64,000 nucleotides of DNA, taken from NCBI GenBank assembly GCA_951406725.2, contig OX597814.1, positions 137,826,001-137,890,000 of the forward strand. Direction: 5' to 3'. The notes under the pieces were generated by a model. It ran no database searches. It saw nothing but the letters and a program-made list of their open reading frames with translations, and was not told the DNA's origin. Below, piece after piece: positions 14,741 to 27,417 of this stretch. The translations under genes were made by a program, and so were the position numbers. The stretch's first letter is position 1; the number at the start of each line of letters is the position of its first letter. Source of the DNA: Octopus vulgaris (lineage: Eukaryota).

Positions 14741-17507
14741 ATGCAGGTTGTAAGCTATTGTTTGTTTAAGAATTCTGACAAATGCAAGCTTTCTTTTCGG
14801 GTACATGACACTGCTGTCCCTCATCCCAGGGTCTCACAGACCCACACCTCCCACACCCTCAGAGTTGGCACACTCAACGTCGGCACACTGAAAGGTAGGT
14901 CTGGTGAGATTGTTGAGATGCTTGGACGGAGACGTGTAGATTTGTGCTGCATCCAAGAAGTAAGGTGGAGAGAAGGTTCCGCTAGGTTCCTCACAGGCAA
15001 AGAACACAAGTAGAAGATTTTCTAGGCAGGGAGCACTGACGGGATCGGGGGCGTGGGTATACTTCTTGCGGAGAAATGGGTTGATAAGGTAATCGAGGTA
15101 GTCAGAGTATGTGACAGAGTACTTTAGATTAGTGTTTCACCATAGGTTAGCTACCATTATCTCGGCCTATGCCCCTCAACCAGGGCTACCGGATGAGCAG
15201 AAAGACCGATTTTATGACACCCTATAGCAGACTACCTCGTTGACGAATGACAGGGACCTTCTCTTTGTGGCTGGTGATTTCAATGAACATGTTGGACAAC
15301 ATGCAAGAGGCTTCCATGGCGTACATGGAGGCTATGGTTTTGGTTCCCGCAATGAAGAAGGAACCAGACTGCTGGAGTTCTGCGATGCAAATGATCCATT
15401 TGCAATACCAACTTCAGGAAACCCACCAGTCACCTAGTTACCTACCGTTCTGGCAGATACATTAGCCAAATTGACTACATCCTCGCCAGAAAAAGGGAAA
15501 GAGGGCTGCTTATAAATGCCAAAACCTTCCCAGGCGAAGAATGTACACTTCAACATAGATTAGTAGTTAGCGACTTCGGGATCAAGGCTAAATGGATGCC
15601 CAGAAGAAGACCAGCATGGAGGAAAAGGGTCTGGAAGCTTAAAGATCCTGCAAATGGATAGAGATTTAGAGACGTATTACTCGAAGCCTTCGACGAAATT
15701 TAAGGGGATATAGCATCACATAATGTGGAAGACAACTGGAGGTTTCTACGGGACAACCTGCTGAGAGCCACTGACCAGATCTGTGGATGATGCAAAGTCC
15801 CCTCTCGACCTAAGGTAAGGTGGTGGTGGAACAATGTGGTTGACAGAACTATAAGACAAAAGAAACAGGCTTGGAAGAACTGGAAGAACGGAGGTATCAG
15901 GGAATTGTATCAGACTGCCCGAAGGGAAGATAGGAGACAGGTTTATTTAGCCAGAGGGGAAGCAGATAAGAAAAAAATTGCCAATGTTCTGCGCCGTGAG
16001 GACCAAAGACTTGAAGTATTTCGTGTTGCAAGACAGTGTGTAAGAGGGAATCGTGATGTCGTAGGAGAGAAATGTGTCTGCATGGATGATGGTTCACTTG
16101 CACTAAACGAGACTGCAAAGAGAGAGGTTTGGAGACGCCACTATGAAAGGTTGCTCAATAAAGATAATGAATGGGAGAAAGAGAGTCTGCCGAATGTTGA
16201 CCCAACAGAGGGATCAGCTATCCGAGTTGACAGTATCTTGGTAGATAAAGCAATCAAGAGTATGAAGACAGGGAAAGCCCCCGGCCCATCAGGAATCACA
16301 GCAGAGATGCTCAAAATATCTGGCAGTGTCGGCTATAGCCTAGTCACCCGTATAGTTAACCAGGTGATACACGAAGGAGTCATACCCAATGACTGGTGTA
16401 GCAGCATCATAGTCAACTGCTACAAAGATAAAGGTGACGCTTTAGATACAAATAATTACAGAGGTATCAAGTTGTTGGATCAGGTAATGAAGGTCACGGA
16501 GAGGGTCATAGCCCAACTAATTAGGGAGAGAGTCAGTTTAGATGAGATGCAGTTTGGTTCCGTGCCAGGGAAAAACACCACTGATGCTGGTAAGACAGCC
16601 GCAGGAGAAATACCTAGCTAAAGATAAACCTCTGTACCTGGCTTTCGCTGACATGGAGAAAACCTTTGACAGGGTCCCCCGATCCCTTCTCTGGTGGTCA
16701 ATGAGGAAACTAGGGATAGACGAATGGTTAGTGAGAGCTGTGCGAGCCATATACAGGGACGCCGTCAGTAAGGTGAGGGTACGCAACGAGTACAGTGAAG
16801 AATTCCGGGTAGAGGTTGGGGCCCACCAAGATTCCATGTTCAGCCCCCTCCTATTTATCATAGTCCTCCAGGCAATAACAGAGGAATTCAAGACAGGATG
16901 CCCCTGAGAGCTCCTCTATGCTGATGACATTGCTTTAATTTGAGTCACTATCAGAACTAGAAGAGAAGTTTCAGGTGTGGAAGCAAGGATTAGAATCGAA
17001 GGGCCTTAGAGTCAACCTAACTAAAACCAAAGTCCTAATAAGTAGGAAGGAAGACAAACCACAAACCCCTTCAGGTAGGTGGCCCTGCTCGATCTGTAGA
17101 AAAGGCGTAGGTAAAAACTCTATGAGATGTACCCAGTGTAAGCTATGGACACATAAGAGGTGCAGCAATATCAAAGGAAGGCTAACTAGGAAGATAGTTT
17201 TTGTCTGTGGCAGATGCTCAGAAGCAATAAACCCTGAAAATGTGCAGAGAACAACTTCTGCCACATTCCTGGGGGGGAAACTAGAAGTATTTAATAGCTT
17301 CCGTTACCTAGGTGACCGACTCAGTAGCGGGGGAGGGTGCGCTGAAAGTGTAGCTGCTAGAATAAGAATAGCCTGGGCAAAGTTCAGAGAGCTCTTACCT
17401 CTGATGGGGACAAAGGGCCTCTCGCTCAGAGTAAAGGGCAGACTGTATGACGCATGTGTACGAACAGCCATGCTACATGGCAGTGAAACATGGGCTGTGA
17501 CTGCTGA
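14741..17507 (+). mobile_element. RTE-clade LINE ORF (APE endonuclease + reverse transcriptase + Cys/His finger), decayed and 3'-truncated
   Basis: APE motifs GTLNVGTL, CIQEVRW, AGDFN, QIDY; RT motifs KAPGPSG, NYRGIKLL, LAFADMEKTFDRV, YADD (~16918), FRYLG, LHGSETW; multiple stops and frameshifts. Confidence 0.95.
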
Positions 17508-17773
17508 GTTTCTACACCTTTTGACATGAAGCAGCTTGCATACATTGCTAACTTCTCGCTGCATGTGAATCGATAAATCCTCCTCCGCTTTTATGCTTAG
17601 CTTTGCGCAAAATAGTGAAAAAAAAATTTAATCCTAATTTTTTTCTTCCCTTTGTACTGAAATTTTTGAAAAGCGAACCTTCCCCACTATATATAGAAAA
17701 AATCATTCTATTTCACAAAATTGGTTTGATCAAAATTGCCCAAAGCACGGCTGAATGGCAGGCGCAATCACCT

Positions 17774-17845
<72 letters not shown>

Positions 17846-17846
17846 A

Positions 17847-19018
17847 CAGAAATGGAAACACCTAGCACCATAGCATCATAATTTTGAAATACCTATAAAA
17901 CCGTCAAAAGCTTGTTTATTTTTATGTTCTTTAATTTATTATTAGTGTTGCTTCATATGTTTTGCTATGGTAATTAAAATTCATTAAAATGACAGATCTA
18001 TCGGACTTCCACAGAGGTCAAATTGTTGGTGCTCGTATGGCAGGCGCTAGCGTAACGAAAACAGCCGAAATATTTGGTGTATCAAGAAGTACTGTCTCGA
18101 AAGTAATGACAGCCTTTGAGAAAGAGGAAAAAGCTTCTCATCGAAACAAAACTCCGGAAGAAAACCAAAACTTTCAGCTAAGGACCGTCGGACTCTTACG
18201 TGAATTGTTAGAAAGGATCACAAAAGTATTACTGCATAGCTTAATGACCACCACGAGAACCCAGTTTCCACAGAAACTGTTCGCCGGATTTCACGGGAGG
18301 GCTGCAATCAGAAAATCACTACTTTCAAAAGCAGACGTTGCAAAGCGTTTAGAGTGGAGTAGAGCAGAATGTTATTTCCTCGGACGAGTCATCCTTTACC
18401 TTATTTCCGACCACCGGCCGAGTATACGTATGGAGACAGCCAAAAGAAGCATTTAACCCAGACTGTCTTCTTCCAACTGTTAAACATGGAGGAGGATCTG
18501 TGATGATCGGGGGTGGGGACTATATCTTGGAAATCCGCCGGCCCAATGGTTTCCCTTCATGGCAGAATTAATAGTCGAAACTGTTTAAGCATTTTATCTG
18601 ATCAAATTCATCCTATGGTTGCAGAACTGTTTCCGGAGGGAAACGTAATCTTTCAGGATGATAATGCACCAATTCACACAGCTAAAATTGTTACTGAATG
18701 GCACGAGGAACATTATAGTGAAGTTGAACATCTTATCTGGCCACCACAGTCCCTAAATCTCAATATTATCGAACATTTATGGTGCATTTTAGAAAAACAA
18801 GTAAGGAGTCCATAACCTCCATCACCATTACTGCAAGAACTGGAGACTGTTTAAGCTGAAGAATGGAAAAAATTCCTTTGGAAACAAATCAAACTTTGTA
18901 CGAGTCCATACCTCATAGAATTCAAGCTGTAATTACTGCCAAAGGCGGTCCTACCCCCATATTAAAATAAATTTTGTTTGAAATTTTAAAGTGTTTCCAT
19001 TATTTTGTCCCACCCCTG
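17847..19018 (+). mobile_element. Tc1-like transposon (DD36E spacing), frameshifted transposase
   Basis: HTH N-terminus (ORF 17989), SDES, KHGGGSVM, FQDDNAPIH...WPPQSLNLNIIEHLW; right TIR GTGTTTCCATTATTTTGTCCCACCCCTG followed by TA; left TIR partly deleted; second copy of the left end at ~12560-12632. Confidence 0.92.
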
Positions 19019-20432
19019 TATATATACGACGGGTTTCTTTCAGTTTTCTTCTACCAAATCCACTCACAAGGATTTGGTCAACCCGGGGCTATGGTAAAAG
19101 ACACTTGCCCAAGGTACCATACAGTATGACTGAACCCGGAACCATGTGGCTGGTAAGCAAGCTACTTACAATACAGCCACTCCTGCTAGTACGTTTTTTC
19201 GACAAATTTTTCAACCTTGACCCGATTGTAATTGAGGTTGAAAATAAAATAGTTTTTGGTGTTTAACAATCAATGTTCTTTTTTCTGTTGAATTCCAAGT
19301 CAACTTTTTTTTATCCCACATTAATGTCTAATTTGATAATTTGCAGTTTTCAAAGAATTATGTCTAAACCGGAGCAAAATAAATAATGACTAATTTCAAT
19401 TTTATTCTCTTTCACCACCTGATGTATAAATATTATATATCATGAAGGGAGCCACTCCAGCAGATCGTGAACAAGCTATAGAGAATATTTTATGTTGAGC
19501 TTTTAGACTTAGTTGGGTTTCGTTAATTTCATATCATGTGCCACTTTTCTTCGATCCCCCATCATTTTGGCTAGGTACCTATAGAAGTAAATTTACTTTA
19601 TTGTATCTTACTCATTTTGCCCCACCTAAATTTGTATTTTATATGCTCAAAGAGAATGGAGGTATATATCAGTGACATCCTCAATGACTCTTCCATCCCA
19701 CATGTGTGTACGATGGGTGGGAAAGAGACGTGGGATGGAAGAGTTGTTGAAGAGGTCACAAATGTGTAGCGAAAGATTTCCAGACAATGGATATAAGATA
19801 TGTGATGTAAAGGAAGAAAAAAACAGAAGCGAAGAGAGAATTTTGGCAGCCTTACCTATCGGTCCGGAAAAAGGGTCACTTTCAACATTCACGTGCTGTC
19901 ATGATCTCCAAGGTTCACTCCACGTCCACGTGCGCTATCCGATGCTCTACCTTCTCACACGTCCGCTCTGATGTGCTGTTCGCCGCCGACTGACCCTCTA
20001 GCTTCTCTGAATGCCGCATGTCCACCGCGGCACTTCCGGTGGGATCCACAGGCCCCACTTCCGACAAGACATGCCTACTTCCTCCCTTCCCTGCAATACA
20101 ACCTGGCTCATAACACCACAAGAAAGAACGGAGATAATTTTTTGAAACAGTGTTGTCTGTTTTAGACGCAGCAAATGATTTTAGCTCAATAGAGGCCAAA
20201 GGATTGGTTAAAATTCGAAAAATTAAACTACGTTAAACTTACAAATTACAATTTTCTCAAGAAAGCCAAGAGAAAAAATGTTTTATTTTGACACATTCTA
20301 CCAGTATACGAAGTTTAAAAGTGTTTAGTTAACTAGAAATTGTGTTGAAAACTGCCTTCAAAAGGAAAAGATCCGTGTTTTGAATGTTATAGTGTTTTTA
20401 ATGCATTTACTGAAGGTAATTTGCTAAGCTGT

Positions 20433-20665
20433 GGAAGCGCGTGGATTAGTGGTTAGGGTGTCAGCATCATGATCATAAAATTGTGGTTTCGATTCCTGGA
20501 CCGGGCGACGCGTTGTGTTCTTGAGCAAAACACTTCATTTCACGTTGCTCCAGTCCACTTAGCTGGCAAAAATGAATAACTCTGCGATGGACTGGTGTCC
20601 CGTCTACATACGCTATTGAAACCGGGAAACTGATCCCATGAGCCTGGCTAGGCTTTAAAAGAGCG
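20433..20665 (+). mobile_element. SINE family D head with a different tail
   Basis: GCGCGTGGATTAGTGGTTAGGG...GGTTTCGATTCC...CACTTCATTTCACGTTGCTCCAGTCCAC. Confidence 0.75.
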
Positions 20666-22119
20666 CATTTATTTTATTTTATTTAATTTGCTAAGCTGTT
20701 ATAGTTTTTGTAAGCTGATATATTTGTAAAAAAAAAATTTTTTTCTCAAAGTCAAAAATGTTGTGAATATTATTTATTGTGTCCCACTTTCCTTTTAAAT
20801 TGACATGCGAGCGAGTATGGCTAAATAACATGTATCATATTTTCGTTGTTTTAAGTATCAAATCCTCAACACTAATACTGTGGAACAATCAAAGATATAA
20901 CAGCTGAAAGAAGAGATCGTGGCACCAGCACCCAGCTGATACTCATTACAGTTAAATAATCCTTTACAAGGCCTGAAATTTTGGATGAGAGGGAACTAGT
21001 CGATTACATCGATCCCCAGCGTTTCACTGGTACTTAATTTATCGACCCCGAAAGATAGAAGGACGAATGCCGCTAAGCATTTTGCCGAGCGTACTAACGA
21101 TTTTGCTAGTTCGCCGCCTTATTACGGCTAAATAATGAATATAAATAAAAAAAAAAGAAGAGCTAATGTGAGAAACTCTTCATAGTCGTTCGATCAACTA
21201 TATTTCCTTTAAATCACATCCGTCTTAAAGAAAAGATGTATTGGATAAAAAAAAAACAGGATGAAGCTAGAACGCCTTTGAGTTAATCTGGAATTAATCA
21301 ATCAAAGAGCAACTTCACGCGGTAGATTTTGTTTTTTAATAAATGGAAAATTTTAGCGTATTGACATCTAAATAATTAGGTTTGGAAGTACAAGCAGGAT
21401 ACAAGTGCAAGCACAAGTGTGTGTTAATAATTTTTAACTGGCAATAGTTACTAAGTGACTAAAAGGCTAAGAGTCCCGTGCATTGTAAAAAAATATCGGC
21501 CCTTGAGTCACTTTGTAACTTCTGCTGATTTAAAATAATAAAAATAATATCTAAATAAAATTTAATTTGAAAGCAACACCCTGTAAAAAAAAAAAAATGA
21601 AGAAAAAAATCCTCTCGGTTCTGGGATCTCATGAAATTATCCAGAGATTATATGAATAGGTCCGCTGTTTTCATTATATTTCTCTGCTTGCCTATAGGGT
21701 ACTAACTTCATACAGAGGGGTTTTTTCTACGATTCCTCACATATTCTAAAGTGTTGCAGCGGAGGTGGAAGCTACCGCGTTCGTGACTTAACAGAGTAAT
21801 GTGTAGAAATCTCAGCAATTGCAGACTAATTATATTGTTCAACCAGTGACATTTGAGAAGTCTGAGGGAGTTGGGTGACTAACCAAGAAGTTCTTGACAT
21901 CTTCGTTGCTTCGGCTGACTGATGTACGAACATATGGTGGATGCAGCGTCTCAGCCCTAAAAATCGTTCGCGATTATGACGCAACTGCGCTCTTGATTTG
22001 CTTCTGGTATTAAAATTAACAAAAGGATTACATTTGAAAGATTCTGTCACTATTTATGACAACCCTTAAAAAAAATGTTCGTAATGTATCATATAGATGT
22101 AATTTTTGACACTGAATCC

Positions 22120-22537
22120 GGATCTTTTCGGTTTGAACGGCAGTTTTTTCTAGCGGTGTCATATAAAATTGTCACCCATAATTATGACCCTAGTATCGAT
22201 CTATTGCATTTCAATCTGTTTTAGGGTTAGGGTTATGGGTGGGGGGAAGGGTATCTTTTTTCTTCAGAAATGTGAATAAACCCAATCGGTTTCTTAAACG
22301 AGGGACATATTCATACGGCACAGAATGTCTTCACCTCAAATAAACATCATTGATTGGTTGAAATTGCAGAAATTGAAGAAAAAAAAACAACAAATATCTT
22401 ACAAACTATCGAATTTTCCCAATAAAGCCAAGAGAAAAAGATGTTTTATAAACACATTCTACCAGTATAAGAAGTTTAAAAGTGTTTAGTTATGTGGAAA
22501 TTATTTTAAAAAACTGCCGTTCAAACCGAAAAGATCC
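22120..22537. mobile_element. MITE with ~29-bp TIRs and 8-bp TSD (Merlin-like), containing TTAGGG repeats
   Basis: TIR GGATCTTTTCGGTTTGAACGGCAGTTTTT / AAAAACTGCCGTTCAAACCGAAAAGATCC; TSD CTGAATCC at 22112-22119 and 22538-22545; a related right end at ~20200-20374. Confidence 0.88.
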
Positions 22538-22784
22538 CTGAATCCGAATTTGTTATTCATTTAGTTCAGAAAAGTTTTCCCAAAAAATGTTACAAGTTTT
22601 ATAATTTTTAGCCAATCAGAAAACAGCGTTCGCTGCCTCTTCCATCATCAGGGGAAGGAGACATCGGCATGTCAAAACATTGCTACTTCCCTTGTACACG
22701 CACTCACATACACACATGTACTCACACGGATTTCAAACGCTGTTTGATTTTTCTTTTCATCGTTGAATGTTCACCATCCCACGT

Positions 22785-22868
<84 letters not shown>

Positions 22869-22873
22869 ACTCA

Positions 22874-22938
<65 letters not shown>

Positions 22939-22989
22939 TTCTAAGTTGGAAAGAGAACCATTTTTGTATCGACTCTTTGCGTTGTGGTG

Positions 22990-23495
22990 GTGGTAGGGAA
23001 ACCTGGCAGGTGGGGCGACAAACCTGGCAGTGACACGCCGCATGTTCAATTCAGATGTTAGGATTACCTGCACAGACCCATGCGACAGACCACATTTTTA
23101 AGGGTGATGCTCGTGACAGGTCTTCCAGATGGCTCATCGTCTTTCAAGTATGTTCTGTTTTCGAAGCGTTTGTACCACTCGAAACATAGCGTACGACCCA
23201 TTGTATCGTTGCCGTAAGCTTGTCGAAACAGGCTCAATGTCTCTGTAGCAGACTTCCCAAGTTTTTACGCAAAATTTCACGTTGGCTCTTTATTCCAACT
23301 TCCTGTCTATGACAAAATCGGAAACTACGGCATATACGTGATCACAAAAACACAAATTACGAAGTAAGCACAGCGACTCACTCGGATCACTGCCTCATGA
23401 AGGAGACTGCTAGCTCTCACTGCGCATGCCACCTTGTGCTGCCATCTGCTGGCGCGTTACAGAACTAGTCCGGGACCTTTTTGATATCACTACGT
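22990..23495 (-). mobile_element. Mariner-like element, 5' fragment
   Basis: Minus strand reads NVKFCVKLGKSATETLSLFRQAYGNDTMGRTLCFEWYKRF...DDEPSGRP and MRRVTARFV; TIR-like end ATCAAAAAGGTCCCGGACT. Confidence 0.8.
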
Positions 23496-24049
23496 CTGTG
23501 TGTATATATATATTTCGTTTGCAAGATTCTTTATGTGAGTTCGTGTGTGTTTGCATGTGTGTGTGATTGTATACGTCTGTCTCCTTTTGTGTGCGTTTCT
23601 TAGTGTGTGTGTGTGTATGGGTTTTTCGTGACTGTGTCTGTATGTATGGGTGTGTATCTCCATATGTGTGGACACGTCTCTCCATATGTGTCCTGGTGTG
23701 AAGTGAAGTGTATGTGTATATGGTCAGGTGTTTCAGACTTAATTTGTGTATGTGTATGTATGCTTGTCTGTTCATATAACCTATGTACCTATCCGTCAAG
23801 CGACTCCTTTAATTGAATGCTTTCTTTGGTTTATTAACGGAGTCGCTCGAAACGCCCGTAATGAATTGAAACTTACACATCTTTGTCACTCATTTATATT
23901 ACATGTATGTATGTATGTATGAACGTGTTTATGCGTGTCTGTATTTGTCCCTTCACCATCGTTTGACAACCGCTGCTGGTGTTTATGTCCCCGTAAGTTA
24001 ACCGTAAGTTAACGCTAGTATACATACATACATACATACATACATACAA

Positions 24050-24083
<34 letters not shown>

Positions 24084-24895
24084 GTGTAGTGGTTTCATGC
24101 AGGCATAGCGTGGATTCGATCCTCGATAGCAAAATTTCACTTAACAGAACTTTTCTCACAGTAAAACAAGTTTTTCTGTGAGTGACAGCAGTTACATTTG
24201 GGCGGTCGGACAAGTTGTTTTGAGAAAATTTGGTTTAAATGTTTGACAACTCAGCACTTTTCATCCTATCGCAGTCAAGAAAATAAATGTAAGTCAGCGA
24301 TTAACCGCCACACCGAAAAGTCAGGCCTTGGGGTAATGTCAGATATGAATAAAGTGGAAGTATACAAAAAAAATATAAATAATATAAATAAACAATATAA
24401 ATTTATATTATGGCTTATTATTCCTTATATTTTGAAGTACATACGAGGTCTGGTCAATAAGTATCCGGACTGTTATTATAGTAACGAAGCTAAAGTTCTC
24501 AGAGTGACGCTGCTTGGCACGGATTGACCTTGAACGCTGCTGTACATGCACACTAAGTTTTAACGTTCTAGCTTACTTCCGATGGTTACAACAGTATTTG
24601 GAAGGAAGGTGTGTAGCGTGTGACCATGACAGAAAAATTTGACATGGCGATACCTGCTCAGATACCAAAGTTGCAGAAAGTGTATAGAGAGGAGTGTATG
24701 AGCCGCACACAAGTGTACGAGTGATTCAGACGTTTCTAAGATGGCCGAAAAAATGTCGATATTGACAAACGTTCTGGGAGACCAGCAACAAGTAGAACTG
24801 AGAAAAACATCGCAGATGTGAGTGCAGCTGTGAGGGGAAATCGTCGAATAACCATCCGTGAGTTATCAGAGGATGTGCAGATTTCTTAAGGTTCA

Positions 24896-26475
24896 ATAAA
24901 CCAGTACAACCTGTGTCAGTGGGGTAGAAAGGGCTCCTTAGCCGTAGTGAAGGCAATCTATCTAGGGAGATAACCTTACAATAAATCACTCGGTCCGTAG
25001 CTTAGAAATACTGGGTTGACGTCCAGCGGGAACAGCTTTGTTTCATGGAGGAGGAAAGTTCTTCTTTAGTACTTGGTTGTACAATGCTTTCCAATGTGTG
25101 TAGTAGTGGCACGCGCAAACATTATTAGCCATTTGAAAAGACTATGGAATTTACAATTAACTGCACCAGGGTTCCTCTTCCCCAGGGAACCAGACCTAAT
25201 GGTATACCTACGGATGTAGGTCCAGCCCCTGCTTTGCCGGGTCCTGTCTCTGATCACGTTGCACCTCCAAGGGCATCCATTGACGGTGATGCCCTCAATC
25301 TTAACAGACGGGTATCACCTGATGGAGAAGAGTCAGCTCCCAACCAAACAACACCAAACAAACACCTCATCAGCTGTAAAAATCATACGATACTCAGCAC
25401 CTTCAATGCCCGCACCCTCGGCTCTCTTGGCCGTCTAGAAGAACTTGGTGCAAATGCAGAATCACATGGCATTGATATAATAGCTGTCCAAGAACACCGA
25501 TTTTACCACCCTGACAACATCCTCAAATACCATCAAGTCGGTTCTTATCAACTTGTAACCTCCTCAGCATCAAAGAATACTGTTAATTCAACAGTTGGAG
25601 GTATCGGATTTCTACTTTCATCAAAAGCCAGTGATACTCTCTTGAGTATAGAGTCAATCTCACCTAGAATTATGGTGCTTGAGATAGATGGAAACCCGAA
25701 AACAACATTGGTATGTGTGTATAGCCCACATAATTCGTCTGTGGCAGACGAGATTGAGAATTTTTATACTACCCTTCGTTCAACCATTGAGCAAGTACCT
25801 CTCCATAATTTTCTAGTTATAGCTGGTGATCTGAATGCTAGACTAGTACCCGATGAGACCAAGTTTACTTTCAACTCTAAAACTAATCGGAACGGAGAAA
25901 TGCTCAAAGACTTCTTGGAGGAATTTAATCTCTACACCTCCAACAATTCTTTTATGAAACCAAAAGGTCAACTTTGGACATTTGAGTCCCCACTTGGTGA
26001 TAGGGCACAAATTGACTACCTCATCTAAGACTTCAAACTTGAAATCTTCAAAGCCACAGTCGAACCAATTCTACTATATGGCTCAGAAACCTGGACGTTA
26101 TCAAAGAAGCTTGAGAGGTGGTTGGATGGAACCTACACTCGCCTCCTTATGAGAGCTCAAAATCTCTCGTGGAAGCGCCATCCTACCAAAATGCAAATAT
26201 ATGGGAAACTACCACCTGTGTCATCTCTTGTGAAAGGTAAGAGAGTCCAGTTTGCTGGACATTGTTGTAGAGCTGAAAAAGGTAATTTCTACTCTTCTCC
26301 TCTGGAAGCCATCTACTCGCAATGCCAGTGGGCGCACACTCTCCTACCCTGATGTAATCTCTAGGGATACAGGCATCCAGCAACAGGACCTCCGTAATGC
26401 CATGATGGACCGTGAAGTCTGACGTAGCATGGTAAATTCCATTGTCTCGACCACGGTCGAACAATGATGATGATG
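24896..26475 (+). mobile_element. Internally deleted RTE-type LINE (APE ORF and C-terminal tail, RT missing)
   Basis: TSD AAGGTTCA (24888-24895 and 26476-26483); (TGA)n tail; APE ORF joined at ~26028 to ILLYGSETW...FAGHC C-terminus. Confidence 0.9.
25144..26028 (+). CDS. Open 294-aa ORF encoding an APE-type retrotransposon endonuclease, C-terminally truncated
   Basis: TFNARTL, IAVQEHR, VYSP, AGDLNA, NGEML, QIDY motifs; terminal SDH motif absent. Confidence 0.75.
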   Translation: MEFTINCTRVPLPQGTRPNGIPTDVGPAPALPGPVSDHVAPPRASIDGDALNLNRRVSPDGEESAPNQTTPNKHLISCKNHTILSTFNARTLGSLGRLEELGANAESHGIDIIAVQEHRFYHPDNILKYHQVGSYQLVTSSASKNTVNSTVGGIGFLLSSKASDTLLSIESISPRIMVLEIDGNPKTTLVCVYSPHNSSVADEIENFYTTLRSTIEQVPLHNFLVIAGDLNARLVPDETKFTFNSKTNRNGEMLKDFLEEFNLYTSNNSFMKPKGQLWTFESPLGDRAQIDYLI

Positions 26476-27417
26476 AAGGTTCAGTTCAGTCCATTATCAC
26501 TGAAGATTTGTGTATGAGACACGTGTCCGTCAAGTTTGTGCCAAAATTGCTTTCAGCTGACCAAAGGGACACTTGGGTTTCAATTGCACAAGATCTCCTT
26601 GATAGTGTCGAGAACGATGAAAACTTTTTGAAAACTCTGCGTAGGCCTCTGAGTATGTATCGTCAGGCTTTTGGCAGAATTTGATGCAGATTCTCTGCTC
26701 AGTTTTCTTTGTCATGGTCAATGCGACGATCACACGCTACACACGTTCCTTCCAAGCACTGCTGTAAACAGGGAAAGTGAGCTATAACGTTAAAACTTAG
26801 TGTGCATGCACAGCAGAGTTCAAGGTGAATATGTGCCAAGCGGCTTCACTCTGTGTGCTTTAGTTTCGTTACTATGGCAACAGTCCGGATATTTATTGAT
26901 CAGACCACGCATGTATAGGGACACAAAAATCTTTTAAGTGCTTAGGGCCTCTGTGAATGTTAATCCGGTTCTAAAGAATAACGACATGTAAGCAAACAAC
27001 TTCTGGTGCTGCATTGGCATGCGATCTACAAGGGAGATTACTTTCGGTTACTTTTTAGTTTACTTTCCAATTCCTAAAAACCCGTAAGACGTTGGCTAAA
27101 GATTTTTACAATGTGATCAGCGACGAGACGAAGGCAGTTCCATTTTTAAAAGAAACCAGCACTAAATTCTCATCATTTCTTAAGAAAATGAAAGGTTCTA
27201 CTTTGGCATGTGATCTACAATTTAAAGAGAAATTATTTTAGGTGACGAAATCGAAGTAACCAGTAACCGGACAGTACAAAACAGAACTGGTTAACATAAA
27301 GGGCAGCAGAGTTATCTCCCATATAGGTCACAAACCGAAGCAGCACCCAAGTTCCACGCTTTACTTACTTCTAATTTGTTTACTTACAACATATCTTTAT
27401 TTCGATACATTTGCCAG

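Larger units (their letters stand above)
24444..26909 (+). mobile_element. Mariner-derived non-autonomous element with two 5' ends (long inverted arms), interrupted by an RTE insertion
   Basis: Left CGAGGTCTGGTCAATAAGTATCCGGACTGTT; right AACAGTCCGGATATTTATTGATCAGACCACG; ~26640-26909 is an inverted copy of the 5' end; decayed transposase N-terminus (RSGRP, KFVPKLL). Confidence 0.85.

Noticed and set aside
19672-20199. Overlapping ORFs, one with YLRSFLW resembling a Merlin transposase C-terminus
   Set aside because: No DDE motifs and too short; the similarity may be chance
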